Positions 11,990-24,345 of a stretch of DNA of 64,000 nucleotides are shown in pieces. The position numbers were made by a program, and so were the translations under genes. The stretch comes from Lepidodermella squamata (Eukaryota; Animalia; Gastrotricha), in assembly GCA_047495785.1 (NCBI GenBank), contig JBLDXI010000004.1, positions 310,001 through 374,000 of the forward strand. The letters are read 5' to 3'. The notes under the pieces are model-generated. The model was given only the letters and a program-made list of their open reading frames with translations, made no database searches and had not been told where the DNA came from. Within the stretch, counting starts at the first letter, position 1. The number at the start of each line of letters is the position of its first letter.

Positions 11990-12865
11990 ATTCGTGAAGT
12001 GTACGAGCAGTTGTGGGATGCAACAGCCGTGGCGAACGACGTGGCGCAGGTGCGGCAACTCGTTGCGGAGATCGACGAATCCACTGGCGGCAGATTCGAC
12101 CCGGACTGGCATAACCCAGAGATGTTTAAATGTGGTGATTGGTTCGTGAGAAATGGCACCCTGCTGCATAGTGTCGCTTGCAATAGGACTCGACCAGACC
12201 AGCGATTGCAAATTGCTCAGCTGGTCTTGGATCGTGGAGCTGATGTGGATTCCAGGGAGGATGATTACCGCAGAACGGCGTTGATGACTGCGGCTTATAG
12301 TGGGCTAGACGAAGTGGTTCGACTTCTGCTGGATCGCGGCGCTGCCATCGAGGCCGAAAATAACGGTGGCTTGACGGCGTTAATGTATGCGGCGAATGAA
12401 GGGCGAGTCGAAGTGGCTCAACTGTTGCTGGATCGCGGCGCTGCAATCGAAGCAAATAATAAAGATGGCTGGACGGCGTTGATAGTAGCGGCTTATAATG
12501 GGCGAGTCGAAGTAGTTCAACTGTTGCTGGATCTCGGCGCGGCTATCGAGGTCGAGGATAAAGATGGCTGGACGGCTTTGATGTATGCGGCTGAGAAAGG
12601 GCAAATAGAAGTAGTCCGGCTGTTGCTGGATCGCGGCGCTGCCATCGAGGCTAAGGATAACCACCTTGGCGATACGGTTCTGATGAGGGCGGCTTGGAGT
12701 GGCCAAGTCGAAGTAGTACGGCTGTTGTTGGATAAAGGTGCGAATAAGGGTGCCAGAAATTCAGTTGGCCAGACAGCTCTCGATTTGGCGATTTGCGGAA
12801 ACAAAACCGCTGCGGCCGATTTGCTAAGGTCGCGAGGAGCCAGTCGAGCAAATTTAGTTTGCTGA
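11990..12865 (+). CDS. Intronless ankyrin-repeat exon (~7 repeats), probably the terminal exon of the protease gene
   Basis: Near-tandem 99-bp repeats LLLDRGAAIEA.DKDGWTALMYAA. Open frame begins right after acceptor TTTTTTCATCTAG (11989) with no ATG at its start. AATAAA at 12874. Confidence 0.85.
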   Translation: MREVYEQLWDATAVANDVAQVRQLVAEIDESTGGRFDPDWHNPEMFKCGDWFVRNGTLLHSVACNRTRPDQRLQIAQLVLDRGADVDSREDDYRRTALMTAAYSGLDEVVRLLLDRGAAIEAENNGGLTALMYAANEGRVEVAQLLLDRGAAIEANNKDGWTALIVAAYNGRVEVVQLLLDLGAAIEVEDKDGWTALMYAAEKGQIEVVRLLLDRGAAIEAKDNHLGDTVLMRAAWSGQVEVVRLLLDKGANKGARNSVGQTALDLAICGNKTAAADLLRSRGASRANLVC

Positions 12866-12992
12866 AAGTTAAAAATAAAACTTTCTGTTTGTCTTATCTG
12901 TGGATCGGCGTCCGATGTAAAATGATATGGCTCATTGGGCCCAATAACGCCCTTATCAGAAGCAAAAGTAGTTATTTTGAGATGAGCGCGCG

Positions 12993-13157
12993 CAGTGTGC
13001 GAAGTAGGATCCGGGAACTGAGGTGTTTTCTGCTTGATTTTAGGACCCGGCCGAAGAAACCAAAGGGTCCCCCCTGTGGTTTTTTCAGCCTTTCTCTGGT
13101 TGGAGTCCCGGAGCTGGGGTGTCGCGACACCCCAGCACCCCTGTACTTCGCACCCTG
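12993..13157. mobile_element. hAT-like MITE; related copies at ~1300, ~5964, ~54900, ~57060 and ~63880
   Basis: CAGTGTGCGAAGTA...TACTTCGCACCCTG with 8-bp TSD AGCGCGCG (12985-12992 / 13158-13165). Confidence 0.8.
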
Positions 13158-14993
13158 AGCGCGCGTGAAAACAACCGTACGAATCATTTAGCAGGGCCCA
13201 ATTATATAGGACAGAACCGTAATAATAGGCATGGCATCTATATTTCGAGCAATAAAATATATTATACCCCTTTGGTCACCCCTTTGGTCGTTAATTGAGT
13301 TCACCGTTCACCGTACTGGCCGATTGAACTGAGATATCAGATCAATATTCATTTCCAGTTCTTTTGATTCACGGCTTGATTCAAGAACCTTGTTCAATCA
13401 ATCATAACCACTCATTGTCTAATTCTTTCGGCACAAATGAATCAAATCAAATCATCACAATCAATAAATCGCAATGAATCGCGAAATCTAATATCGTCAT
13501 AACATCATCTCAGTATCATCATGAGCTACCTTTTGATACTTCCAGCGAACTTGGATGACTTTTTCCCGATTTTCTAGAAATTCCTTCAAGAAAAAACAAA
13601 GTAAAACCACCGACTTCTTGGAGGATTCAATCCTGAACCTTTGCTGAAACCACGTGCGACGCACGCATATGGCACAGTTGAAAGAAGTTCACAGATTGGC
13701 CACGCTTACAATCCAATAAAAATACAAAATACCCCATTGTTAGAGGTATTCGGAAATCGCAGAAAATCCGGAAAAAAATCATCCTAGTTCGCTCCAAGTA
13801 TCAAAAGGTAGCTCTTAATGTGAAGACTTTATGTGAAGACGCCTGAAATCTCCTTCAACTCAACCTTCCTCGAAAAAGTTGTCACGGTTTATTTCCGAAT
13901 GCGAACTTCTTTCCCAATTCTTGACCAGTTCTTCCATTATTAAAGTTTTGAAAAAAATTAACGTGTTCCTCTGGGAGAGATCTGGGAGAGATCTATCAGA
14001 TGGCATTTGGTTCTTTCTGATGCGGAGAAATCGATTGTTGAGATTTTGAATTTCACGTTTTTTGCCCTCCAAGAAATTGTTAAATCAGTCACCATCTGTC
14101 AGCGAATGCGCAGAACAGCGAAAGCGACATAACAGCGAAAGTGACGAAACAGCGAAAAATCCTCCCCAAAATGCTGTGTAATGTGCTATATTAAAATCGC
14201 TGTTATGTCGCAAATTAGATTTTTCGCTGTTTTGTCGCGTTCGCTGTTTCGGGTATTCGCTGTTATGGCGGTCTGCCGCCTTTGACCAGTGTGGAATATA
14301 GAAACTTTCAACTGCCGGGTACACAGTAAAAAAAAATTCGGTGATTACCGAGCTAAAATGGCTACTCGGTGATCACCAATTTACATGTTAATTGATTCCC
14401 GGCAAAACTGAGCGTGCACCTGGTGATTACCGAGTTTTTCGGTGACAACCGAGTTGGTTACAACCGAGTTTTTGACAACCGATCTGACGAAATCGGTTAA
14501 AACCGACCGAAAAATAGGTGATAACCGACTATTAGGTTCATTTTTACCGATTTTCTTCTAGGTTATAACCGACTGCTTCAGCATGCTCAGCGGCAGCGGG
14601 CTTCTTTCTGCAGGCGCTCACCAGTATACTATGGCATAATTAGCTATTGTATGCATAAAAACGTTTCGCGTGGGATCCATTCTTAGTTTATTGATTTAAA
14701 TCTGTGCAGAACTTTTCGTCACCGGAAATATCGAATAATAATATACAGATTCACGCGAAGATTACGAAATTTTGGAGGCATCAATTACTGAGCGGAAATT
14801 ACGAAATTTTCGAGGTATTAATCGATGTTAATATTCAGAAAATCTCAGTGATAATGCGACACATGAAGATTTGAGCAAAACTGTTATATATGAGCACAAA
14901 ATGTAGCAGACACCCGCTGCAAATTATAATTTAGTCGTATACGACATGTTAGCAAAGTTTCAATAACAATACCTCAATCAATAACAGCGATAT

Positions 14994-17211
14994 TCACATT
15001 TTGACAGGCAAGTTATCGACAATAATGAAGGAGTTGCCGAGGCTGTTGGCATGAACAGAATAGGTGCGGACAACCTCGAGGTCGACTATTTTAACAACAG
15101 ACACTCTACGTGTTTCAAGAATCGGAAGTCCCATAATTTTTTTATCAAGCGTGCCGCATTTCACTTCTCTAACTAATAAACAAAAAGCATCATCGAGCCT
15201 GATTATCGAAGCAATGACAGCAAATCGTGGAATATTTTCAGCTGAAGAGAACCAAGTTGGTGAAGATTTTCCTATCATAACAGCTAGACCTTTATAAAAA
15301 AAGCTACCACAATATTTGAGCGAAAGAAAAGATTCAAAAAATCGAGGAAGGTTAAGATCGAGAGGAGCGTCATCAACAATATCAGCTAATTTCACAGTCC
15401 TAGGCTTACTACTTACAAAATTACTTTCAGCATTAAAAAAATTCAGAACCTGGAAACTACATGCATCGGCGATTTGTTTAGCAGAATTATTATGGTTGGA
15501 GACATAGCCCTTAAAGCGGGAAAGAGCCCGCTCAAATTTAAAATTGGAATGGAAGCGAATCGGTCCGTACTCAATGACTTGCGTGGCATAGTGTACCAAG
15601 TGATGAAATTTGTTTTGCAACATTTTTTCAGAGTCGTTTTCGGAATAAGTCTCAGCAACTAATGAAAGAAAAGATGCCACAAGCTCACTCATCATTTCAA
15701 TATCTTCAGAATAAAGTATCGGTGACATACAAAAAGATGTTATAACAACAGCGTATAAGAAGCATTTGTATTGGCGAGAAGCAAAAAAATTCGATTCTTT
15801 CAGTTTAGGGATAGAAGACAAAATGAGACCAAAACGAGACAGTAGAATTCGACAATGGGTAGCGCTGAGCTTGATACAAAAGTGATTGCGTCGCGGCTCC
15901 GTGAATTCGACTCGTGGGCGGCCGTCAAATTTTTCCAACATATCCCATGTGAAACTGGCAACAGCGTCGTTTAGATCTTGTAACGTCAACTTGAATTGGA
16001 CACCTGCGTACTTCAGCAAGTCTTCGAGTTGATAGTGCAGCACCCCTAAAAAAATTGCGAATGTTTGCTTGAAGCCGCTAATGATGCCAATATTTCTTAC
16101 CTTCGTACAAGTCATGCATGGGATCGTTTAACAAAAGCTGCGGAAAGTTGTAGGCTTTCAGGCGAGGATCCAGAAACACCGACCTGTGGCCGGTAAGATT
16201 GAAATTGGAACATCTGAATCGAACAAAAAATGTATTGAATAAAAGCGCAGTCTCATCCCTTACTGTTTGGTCTTTGCCGCTGAAGTCTTTTGACCCAGAA
16301 TAACCTCGACGGCGACGCGGATGGAGTCGACAGTTCTCAGCCCTGACTCGATGAAACTACGAAGAAAATCCTTCCGCAGCAAAACACATTTTCGACAGGT
16401 TGAAGCCGATTTACTGAAGCTTTTTTGCATCCCAGCCAAGTCATGAGCTGCAAGAGAGTCGGCGGCAATCGCAACCATGACACACTGGGCAGTGCCTTGA
16501 GGCAACGACATAATTTGCTCGAGATCGGCAAACAGCCTCGTAAGAACGACATCCAAATCTGTTTGAAAAGACATTTACTAAGGCCAACGTTCAAATGAAA
16601 CTTTCTTACGCGCACTCGTTGCAACTTCTATGTCTTTGGCGTTTGCGATAGCCAATAGGAATACATTAGAGGCCGGATCAAACAGTCCAATTTCGGCAAA
16701 GCTCCATGAGTAAATCGAATATTTATGGTTAGCGGCGAAGGGTCCGATCGCGTTCGTAAATGTCATTTCGTCGTAAAAAATAACCAATGGAATGACGAAG
16801 GAGGCAATTGTCAACCTGATGAGTCTCTGAACCTGGCGACCATGGATCATAGATCGATAAACAGTGACATTTTCACCCATTTCCAGCAGCTTCGTTTTCG
16901 CAAAATTTGCAGCAAATTCGGCATTCTCGGATAGAATTGCATTAATTTGCGGTATGACCGGCAGGTAAATCCAAGAGCCGATTTTTTCCGGTTCGACGTC
17001 CGCCCATTTCTTGACGAGGAATATAGAAAACTAATGAATAAAAAAATGAAATGAAACTAATCTGTTATACCTCAAACGTTGCTTTACGACGATATGCCGT
17101 ACGAGTGGAACCGAAGAGGTAATCAACGTTAGACGCACTCGTGGCTTTGTCGATAACATCCAGAAAATGCCGGGGGAACCCCCGTACTGTCGCCGTTCGT
17201 GTCGTGGACAT
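14994..17211 (-). CDS. CMC/EnSpm-type DDE transposase, spliced, reading frame apparently intact
   Basis: Motifs TAYRRK, WIYLPVIPQI, LVIFYDE, AADSLAAH..SF..CRKC, DPMHDLYEG|VLHY, KFHHLVHY..YGP....NFKFER, joined by short GT-AG introns in frame. The 5' end is uncertain. Confidence 0.85.
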
Positions 17212-19513
17212 CTTTGTTTCTTTGTTTGTTTGTTTGTATGCACCCATGACCCATGTGCAATGTGTTTGCAATGCTTGACCACACGCCTACGTACACGCAT
17301 ACCAAGCATACCGTGACTTGTCAGAATGCAATCGTAATGCAATTTTCAGTCGATGACTACCCGCCTAAGGCCTAAGAAGTCATTCCAACCACTAGCCAAC
17401 AACTAGGTAAACCGTTGTGCACGGACGGAAAATAATTGCTTCTTGCTTCGCGATTTTAGTTCACACAGCGCTCACATCATACAAGAACATCATACAAGCC
17501 CACGTCATACGAAACAAACCATAAACCTTAGCCCAAGTTCATGCCGTCGTGAATGTTAGATTTCGAATAGTGTAAACAACAAGCTCACATCATACAAGAA
17601 CATCATACAAGCCCACGTCATACGAAACAAACCGTAAACCTTAGCCCAAGTTCATGCGGTCGTGAATGTTAGAATTTCGAATAGTGTAAACAATGAAGTG
17701 GGGCAGGGCAGCTCGTTCAGAGCCCATGTGTTTTACCGCAGTTTTACGAGAACTTCACGGCAAAATTTCGTAATACTTCGTAAAAATTCGGCAAGCGGCA
17801 AGAAATGCAAAATTTGCAAAATTTACATTATATACGTGCGGGGCAGTAGCTCGTTCGAAACCGTGTGCTTCAATGCTCCGGAGGCAACGATTTCCACTTT
17901 CGTTGCTCTGAGGCAACCATGGTGTCGCCGGAAGATGCATTAGACTCGGTCCTAATCAATGAGGCTTTAACGTTGTTCTCCTCGACAGTCGTGGCAGAAA
18001 GTTGACGCGTGGAAGTCGGCTTGTTGCGTTGCTGCTGCCGTATGAGCACGACGTCGTCATGACGGCGTTGTCTCAGAGCCACAAAAGTGGAAATCATTGA
18101 CTACGGAGCATCGAAGCACACGGTTTCGAACGAGCTACTGCCCCGCACGTATATAATGCAAATTTTGCCGCATTTTTACGAGGCGATCACGGCAAAATTT
18201 CGTAAAAGACTTCAACAAATGTCTCCGTCTCTAATCAACGATCAACAAGTGTCCGAATCGAAGGCAGATTTAGTGTTTTCTTAGTCTTAGTCGAGGGCCG
18301 AGGCTGGAACTCAATGACATTTTGTGATGTGCTCTAAATTATTGTGATACGCTCAAATCGACGAACGAATTCGGTCCAAGAGTGGAGTGTGTGGAGAAAA
18401 ACGAGAGTGTATCGTTGACTCCGGAGCATCGAAGCACACGGTTTCTGAACGAGCTGCCCCGCACAACATCATTGCAATCTCAACGAGGGTGTTGCGGCGA
18501 TTAGTTTGAAGGATCTTGTTTTCCGCTATCGCCTGTACGTCAGTCGGGCTATTTCGGTGAATCAGCATTGCCTTTCAGGACATATAAGTCAGTAAAGCGA
18601 CGTCGGACTTGGGTTAATGTCGTCTGCGGCACGGTTCGACTGATTGGCAACAGCAGCAACAGTTGCGCCGGGAGAACCAATTTGACATCTTTCTCTGACT
18701 TCAAACAGTGTATTGTTTACACTGTTATGTGGATAAAATTGTTATTTATGAGTCGTTAGACGAGTAAACCCAATAAAAGTGCCTTCGAGTTCAACTGCGG
18801 CAAACTTTGTATTACGTCCAGGGCAGCTCGTTCAGGAACGATGTGCTTCGATGGTCTGTTGTCGACGATACAATTTTGTGGTCCGAATTAAACTCGATCC
18901 CAGCAAATGAGGCTTTCCTTTTCCTCGACATTCGGAGCCGCAATACGGCGCGTAGAATTCGGCTTGTTTCCTTGCTACATGGTTGTCCCAGAACTCCAGA
19001 GCCTCCGGTAAACCCGTGGACTCCGGAGCATGGAAGCCCGCGGTTTCTGAACGAACTGCCCTGCGCAACCTCATTACCTACAATCCTGAGGACGCTGACT
19101 ACCAGGCGTTGCCGATTCCTTAAGCGTAAGCGTGTTTTCGGATGTTTAGGTGTTTAGGTGTTTAGATGTTTTCGGATGACAGAATAGCAACAGGTGATAA
19201 GATGTGGCTTTCGAACGATTTTTCATATGTTCGCTCGTTTTGATGGAGTTCGCTCTTACTCAGTGATCGGAAGCAACTATTACTTTTTGTGCGGTATGAC
19301 TATAGGCCTAAACTTTTATGTGTGAAACAAATCCTGAACAACGTCGCCGCTACAATGTTATCCACGTGTAAACAATACACTGTTTAAGGTTTAGCAATTC
19401 AAAGAAAGGTGTCAAATGGGTTCCCCCGGCGCTACTGTAGCAGCTACGCTGCTGCTGTTGCCAATACCCGACTATCCATATAAGAAACCTGAAAAATTCA
19501 CATTGAATTATGA

Positions 19514-20026
19514 CTACTCAGAACTTAAAATATTTACAACGAACGTTATCACGAATGAAATCAGAGCTTGCGAGGCGCGATACTGATATTTCAATGCAAA
19601 TGCAAATGTTTCGATTCTTGATCGCACCATTATTAGGTCTGGTCCGCTGGGCGGCGCGCGTTTGGGCGTCGTTGGAATTCTGTCGTCGCCTTCTTCAGTC
19701 GGAGTACCTTGAATCAACTCGTCGCCTTCTTCAGTCGGAGTACCTTGAATCAACTCGTCGCCTTCTTCAGTCGGAGTACCTTGAATCAACTCGTCGCCTT
19801 CTTCAGTCGGAGTACCTTGAATCAACTCGTCGCCTTCTTCAGTCGGAGCAGCTGATTTGCGCTGAATTTTACACGGAGGCTCCGATAGGTTGGAAGAAGT
19901 TGAAGGCGCAGCTGGATCGGCTGACGCACCCGCTTTCGATTTCGCGCATTGCTTCTTGTGATCTTTGAGTATATGCAACCTCATTGTCCGAAAGCCGCAC
20001 TTGCATTTTTTCGTGGTAGGTCCCAT
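19514..20026 (-). CDS. Transposon-internal ORF with a 12-aa (36-bp) tandem repeat PTEEGDELIQGT
   Basis: 170-aa ORF; N-terminal CKCG..HxxxxHxxxC; about 5 copies of a 36-bp unit at ~19684-19850. Confidence 0.4.
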   Translation of the reverse strand: MGPTTKKCKCGFRTMRLHILKDHKKQCAKSKAGASADPAAPSTSSNLSEPPCKIQRKSAAPTEEGDELIQGTPTEEGDELIQGTPTEEGDELIQGTPTEEGDELIQGTPTEEGDDRIPTTPKRAPPSGPDLIMVRSRIETFAFALKYQYRASQALISFVITFVVNILSSE

Positions 20027-20244
20027 TTAAAAGCTTCCTAAATAACGACTTCAAACGAATTCTAGGTACTAGGGATGCATTATTGAGCATTCATTCAATG
20101 AAAACGTAAGAGAATTGATGGTAAGAGCGAATCGAACGTGAGCAGTTTAAGTAGGTCAGATGATATGGAAACATGAAAAACATAATCAAAACAAAATCAA
20201 GTCAATTCAAGAAAGTCTCAGCTGAATGTGCATCACGTCAACAG

Positions 20245-21874
20245 TTAGTTGTCGGAATCAAAGTCGACTTCATTCTGGGAAACCGGTTGCAGCGGCGGTG
20301 TCTTTGGGTCATTTCTCTGCTTCTTAGGAGCGGGCTTAATAGGCGACTCTTCTAAAACTGTTTCTTTCTCCGTCTTCTTCTTCGGAACAGCAGGACGAGA
20401 AGCCGCTGGACGTGGAGTCTTCTTTGTTTCAACCGGTTCAGCATCTGCAGGTTCTTTCTCCGTCTTCTTCTTTGGAGCAACAGGACGAGAAGCCGCTGGA
20501 CGTGGAGTCTTCTTTGTTTCAACCGGTTCAGCATCTGCAGGTTCTTTCTCCGTCTTCTTCTTTGGAGCAACAGGACGAGAAGCCGCTGGACGTGGAGTCT
20601 TCTTTGTTTCAACCGGTTCAGCATCTGCAGGTTCTTTCTCCGTCTTCTTCTTCGGAACAGCAGGACGTGGAGTCTTCCTTGTTTCAACCAGTTCGGCATC
20701 TGCAGGTTCTTGCTCCGTCTTCTTCTTCGGAGCAACAGGACGTGGAGTCTTCTTTGTTTCAACCAGTTCGGCATCTGCAGTTTCTTGCTCCGTCTTCTTC
20801 TTCGGAGCAACAGGACGTGGAGTCTTCTTTGTTTCAACCAGTTCGGCAGCTTCTTCGTCATCAGATTCTTCTTCTTCGTCGTCAGATTCTTCTTCTTCGT
20901 CGTCAGATTCTTCTTCTTCGTCATCAGATTCTCCTTCTTCGTCATCAGATTCTTCTTCTTCTTCTTCTTCTTCTTCAAAGAACGAAGCAACTATGTCATC
21001 TAAATTCTCTTGCAGCGTCATCGAGCCGGAAGCTTCATGCGTATCGCCTTTGCTTTCGTCATTTGATTTCGCTGTCTTCGCCTTTCTTCCTGGCTTTTTC
21101 TTCCGTCTCTGGTTCTTGCGTTTCGGAGTGTTTACTTCATCCTCATCGCCGCCGCCGCCTTTCTTCTTGTTGTTCATGGATTGTGACAGCTTCTCTCGAA
21201 AAATTAACTAAAATAAAGACCCTAGATTAAATATGCACATGTATAATCTGGATAGACTGAACTATACCTCATGACTGAACTCCGTCGTTTGCAGCTGCAA
21301 CAGCCAAGGGTAAGCCACCCGAAATTGATCGGCTACGTAACTGTAATCTGAGCTTCTGAAGCGGCGCCCGGGGTTCCTTTCGAGTAAGTAGCGAATAATG
21401 CATTGTCTTAACGAGTTCCAGGAGAATCTTAGGCAGTTGTTGTTCATTTCTGCTTCAAGGAGTGGATTTATAGCCGCGAAGTCGAGCTCATTGATTTCGA
21501 AATGAAAAGGTGGTTCGTCTTTCTGTAAATATAAGAATTAAATTACATGCTAATTCCTAATGAATGATTCGCTAATTCTGATACCTTGTTCTTGGCATTC
21601 CGGATAGAGTCAAGCATTCCACGAAAGGCTACGCGATAGCCGATCTTGCTAGGCGGAAAAACCTCATTGATCACCTCATCTGTCGTTTTCGACTCATCCA
21701 TTAGATCTTCAACCACTGTAAGGCCAGCATCTATGACAGGATGGGCATGAAAGTCAACGCTGCGCAATTCGAGTAATGAACAATACCCTCCAGGATATCA
21801 AAAATGCCATCTCTGATGTCTTCGGGTTGATTGAATTTCCCGAAAGTTCGCATCAATCGCTCTCTTCCCGCCAT
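20245..21874 (-). CDS. Transposon accessory ORF: SAM-like N-terminus, acidic tract, Lys/Pro-rich repeats
   Basis: Spliced MAGRERLMRT.. | AGLTVVEDL..KIGYRVAFRGMLDSIR (SAM-like) | ..YVADQFRVAYPWL.. | LIFREKLSQSMNNKK, followed by EEESDD repeats and 25-30 aa repeats. Confidence 0.65.
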
Positions 21875-22464
21875 GGTCACTAATCAATAAGTGGCTAAAA
21901 AACAAGGAAAAGGAAATGAAATAAAAGAAGGGTATCTTTATGATAAAGTTATATAGCCGGCAGAAAATGTATGAGGATTAGAAAAGACAGAAGGTGTACA
22001 GAAGTAGAAGCGGTTGGAGCGGTTGAACGTCGGCATGACCGTTGTTCACCGCTCACAGCAATGCGAGCGCATGCCGCTTTGAGATTTGAGACAAATTTGA
22101 GACAAAATAACATTATTTTGCATACAATAAATAGAAAATTTAATATTGCATCATCTTCAATTAAATTGAATACCTGTCATGAAATTTGAGCGTTAAAATG
22201 GAACTTGTGTGAGGCCCTCACCACCGCGGCTCTAAGGTTAGGTCAACCTCATGCCGGCGACTTCGTTTGAAAATTCAAAACCTGCGTGTCACACGATACA
22301 CAACTCACGTGAAATGTCTGGCCAGAATCCTTCAAAAAAAGAAATAGCAGTGCAATTCCCTGAAATTAAGGAGCTTCGGGATGTCATGCCGTACGGCCGT
22401 GAGTTATCTGCTTTTCAATCCTTGCAAGTAATCCAGCATTTTTATTTCATTAGACAAGCTTGTT

Positions 22465-22848
22465 ATGGCCTGTCAAAAGCAGCAAGTCGATGAAAGGGTC
22501 AATCCTACCCCGACCTTGCCTCCAATACCGAGTAACGAATCATCACCCAGCCGCATTTCGATTGCTAGCTCTTCAAGAAACTCCATTCTAACGGTCAAGC
22601 GTCGACGAAAGAAGACGACTTTATCACAACGCAAGGACCTTCAACTGCCAAATGGACATATTGTGAAAGTCCAAATCGGCGTTCGGCCGAAGTGCTGCCG
22701 TTGTCGCGATAACACTTACTACAGATGTGTTACATGCGTTGGTGACAAGAAACCCGCAATGTGCAACGGCAAATGTGCTTTCGATTACCACGGTTTGGAT
22801 TTTGATACAAATGAGCTTGAATCTGGGCAAATGTCCCCTTCTTTGTAA
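22465..22848 (+). CDS. Transposon-internal exon with a Cys/His zinc-finger-like motif
   Basis: RPKCCRCRDNTYYRCVTCVGDKKPAMCNGKCAFDYH resembles the C-terminal cysteine-rich domain of piggyBac-type transposases; basic NLS-like KRRRKK upstream. Confidence 0.55.
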   Translation: MACQKQQVDERVNPTPTLPPIPSNESSPSRISIASSSRNSILTVKRRRKKTTLSQRKDLQLPNGHIVKVQIGVRPKCCRCRDNTYYRCVTCVGDKKPAMCNGKCAFDYHGLDFDTNELESGQMSPSL

Positions 22849-24189
22849 ATGAAATTTATTATGCTAAAATTGTGACTTTTTAACAGATATATGCGCAATC
22901 TAGATCGTGGTGATCGGAAACACATTTGCCGTTGTGATAATATGTTTTGTTGTTATGTCGTTAGATATACCTCGAATTTTACATCGAATTGAAAGAATGA
23001 CTTCTTATAATATTCTGATAGATTTATAATCAATAGGTACATAATAATGACAGAAGGCAATAATTACACTATGCAGCCGTTTGGGAAAGCGTGGAGACGC
23101 CCGCCCCGCCAGCCAACGGCACTTGAAGTCGCTAACAGCCTGGTTAGGGCCGTTGACAAACTGGAAAAGGAGAACGCCGGTGAGATTAATTTAAGAAAAT
23201 TGCAATTATGTATTAATTCTGTTGCTTTTTAGATCTCAAGACGAAGATAGCTGAAAAAGAAAGCAAAATTGGATCACTATGGAGCGATTTGTCTCAGCTG
23301 AAGAGCGAACTGGCAGATGCACAGAAACGACTGGTAGTTTCTTCTTCATTTTTCTTTATATTCAAAAATACCTGCTTTTTGTAAATTAAGGATTGGAAGG
23401 AAAAATTGCTTCATGAATCAACTGAACTGGTTTTGGCCCTAACTGAGAATGTGACAGTCGAAAGCGAGATTCCACATGTAATACCCTTTAAAAATGTGTG
23501 TGTGTTTCTCAAGTAAACTATTTCTTCTATATCTCAGGGTCGCAAACTTCCAAAAACAATAGCGATAGACGCTGGCGATTGGCTGAAAAATGCTCGACTG
23601 CCTTATGCCGTGGAAAAGCCGAAAAAACGACTCGCTGACTGGTAGCAATTCTAACTCACAAGGCGAGCAATGACGAGCATCCCAAAAACTTGAGAACTAT
23701 CAGAAATTTGTTTGGCTTAACTCCTTGCATAAATTTTCATCAAAGCTTACTGTTGTACTTAATTCTCAATTATAATCAAAGTTATATCGCAAAGTTATAT
23801 CGCAAATATCGCTTCACTATGTGCCAATGTATAGCCGAGGAGAAGTAAAACATTTCATTGAAAAGGCTTAATCCTTTTTGACTTCTTCAACAAAGGTGAA
23901 AACTGATAGAGTAATTCCTTTCAGAAATCAAACATTGTCATGGTTGAAACCCCCGCTGTCGTGATGAACAAAATTAGATTCAATCAGATATCGAGTTCGA
24001 CCAAGTTCAGTCGCAGGTATTAGGTTTTCACAACAGCAGAGAAAGCTGAAGGAGGTTTTTCCCTGGAAAATTCAATATTATGGCTGAACATTCGTAAAAA
24101 AATCAATCGAACTCGAAAAATCGATAACTTGATCGACCTATAATCGATAATCCATCGGCAATAATTAAAAATAAATCGAATTCGAGAAA

Positions 24190-24345
24190 TCGATAATTTG
24201 ATCGATCGATGTTCGATAATCGATAATTTGATCGATCGATGTTCGATAATCGATAATTTGATCGATCGATGTTCGATAATCGATAATTTGATCGATCGAT
24301 GTTCGATAATCGATAATTTGATCGATCGATGTTCGATAATCGATA
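24190..24345. repeat. 30-bp tandem repeat, about 5 copies, inside the transposon
   Basis: Unit CGATAATTTGATCGATCGATGTTCGATAAT. Confidence 0.9.

Noticed and set aside
20249-21230. Long overlapping ORFs on the + strand and in alternative frames
   Set aside because: Shadows of the low-complexity repeat region of the minus-strand accessory ORF.
24190-24345. Regular 30-bp repeats (also 36-bp at ~19684 and 25-bp at ~37286) as a CRISPR array
   Set aside because: Head-to-tail identical units with no unique spacers, no cas genes, eukaryotic context.
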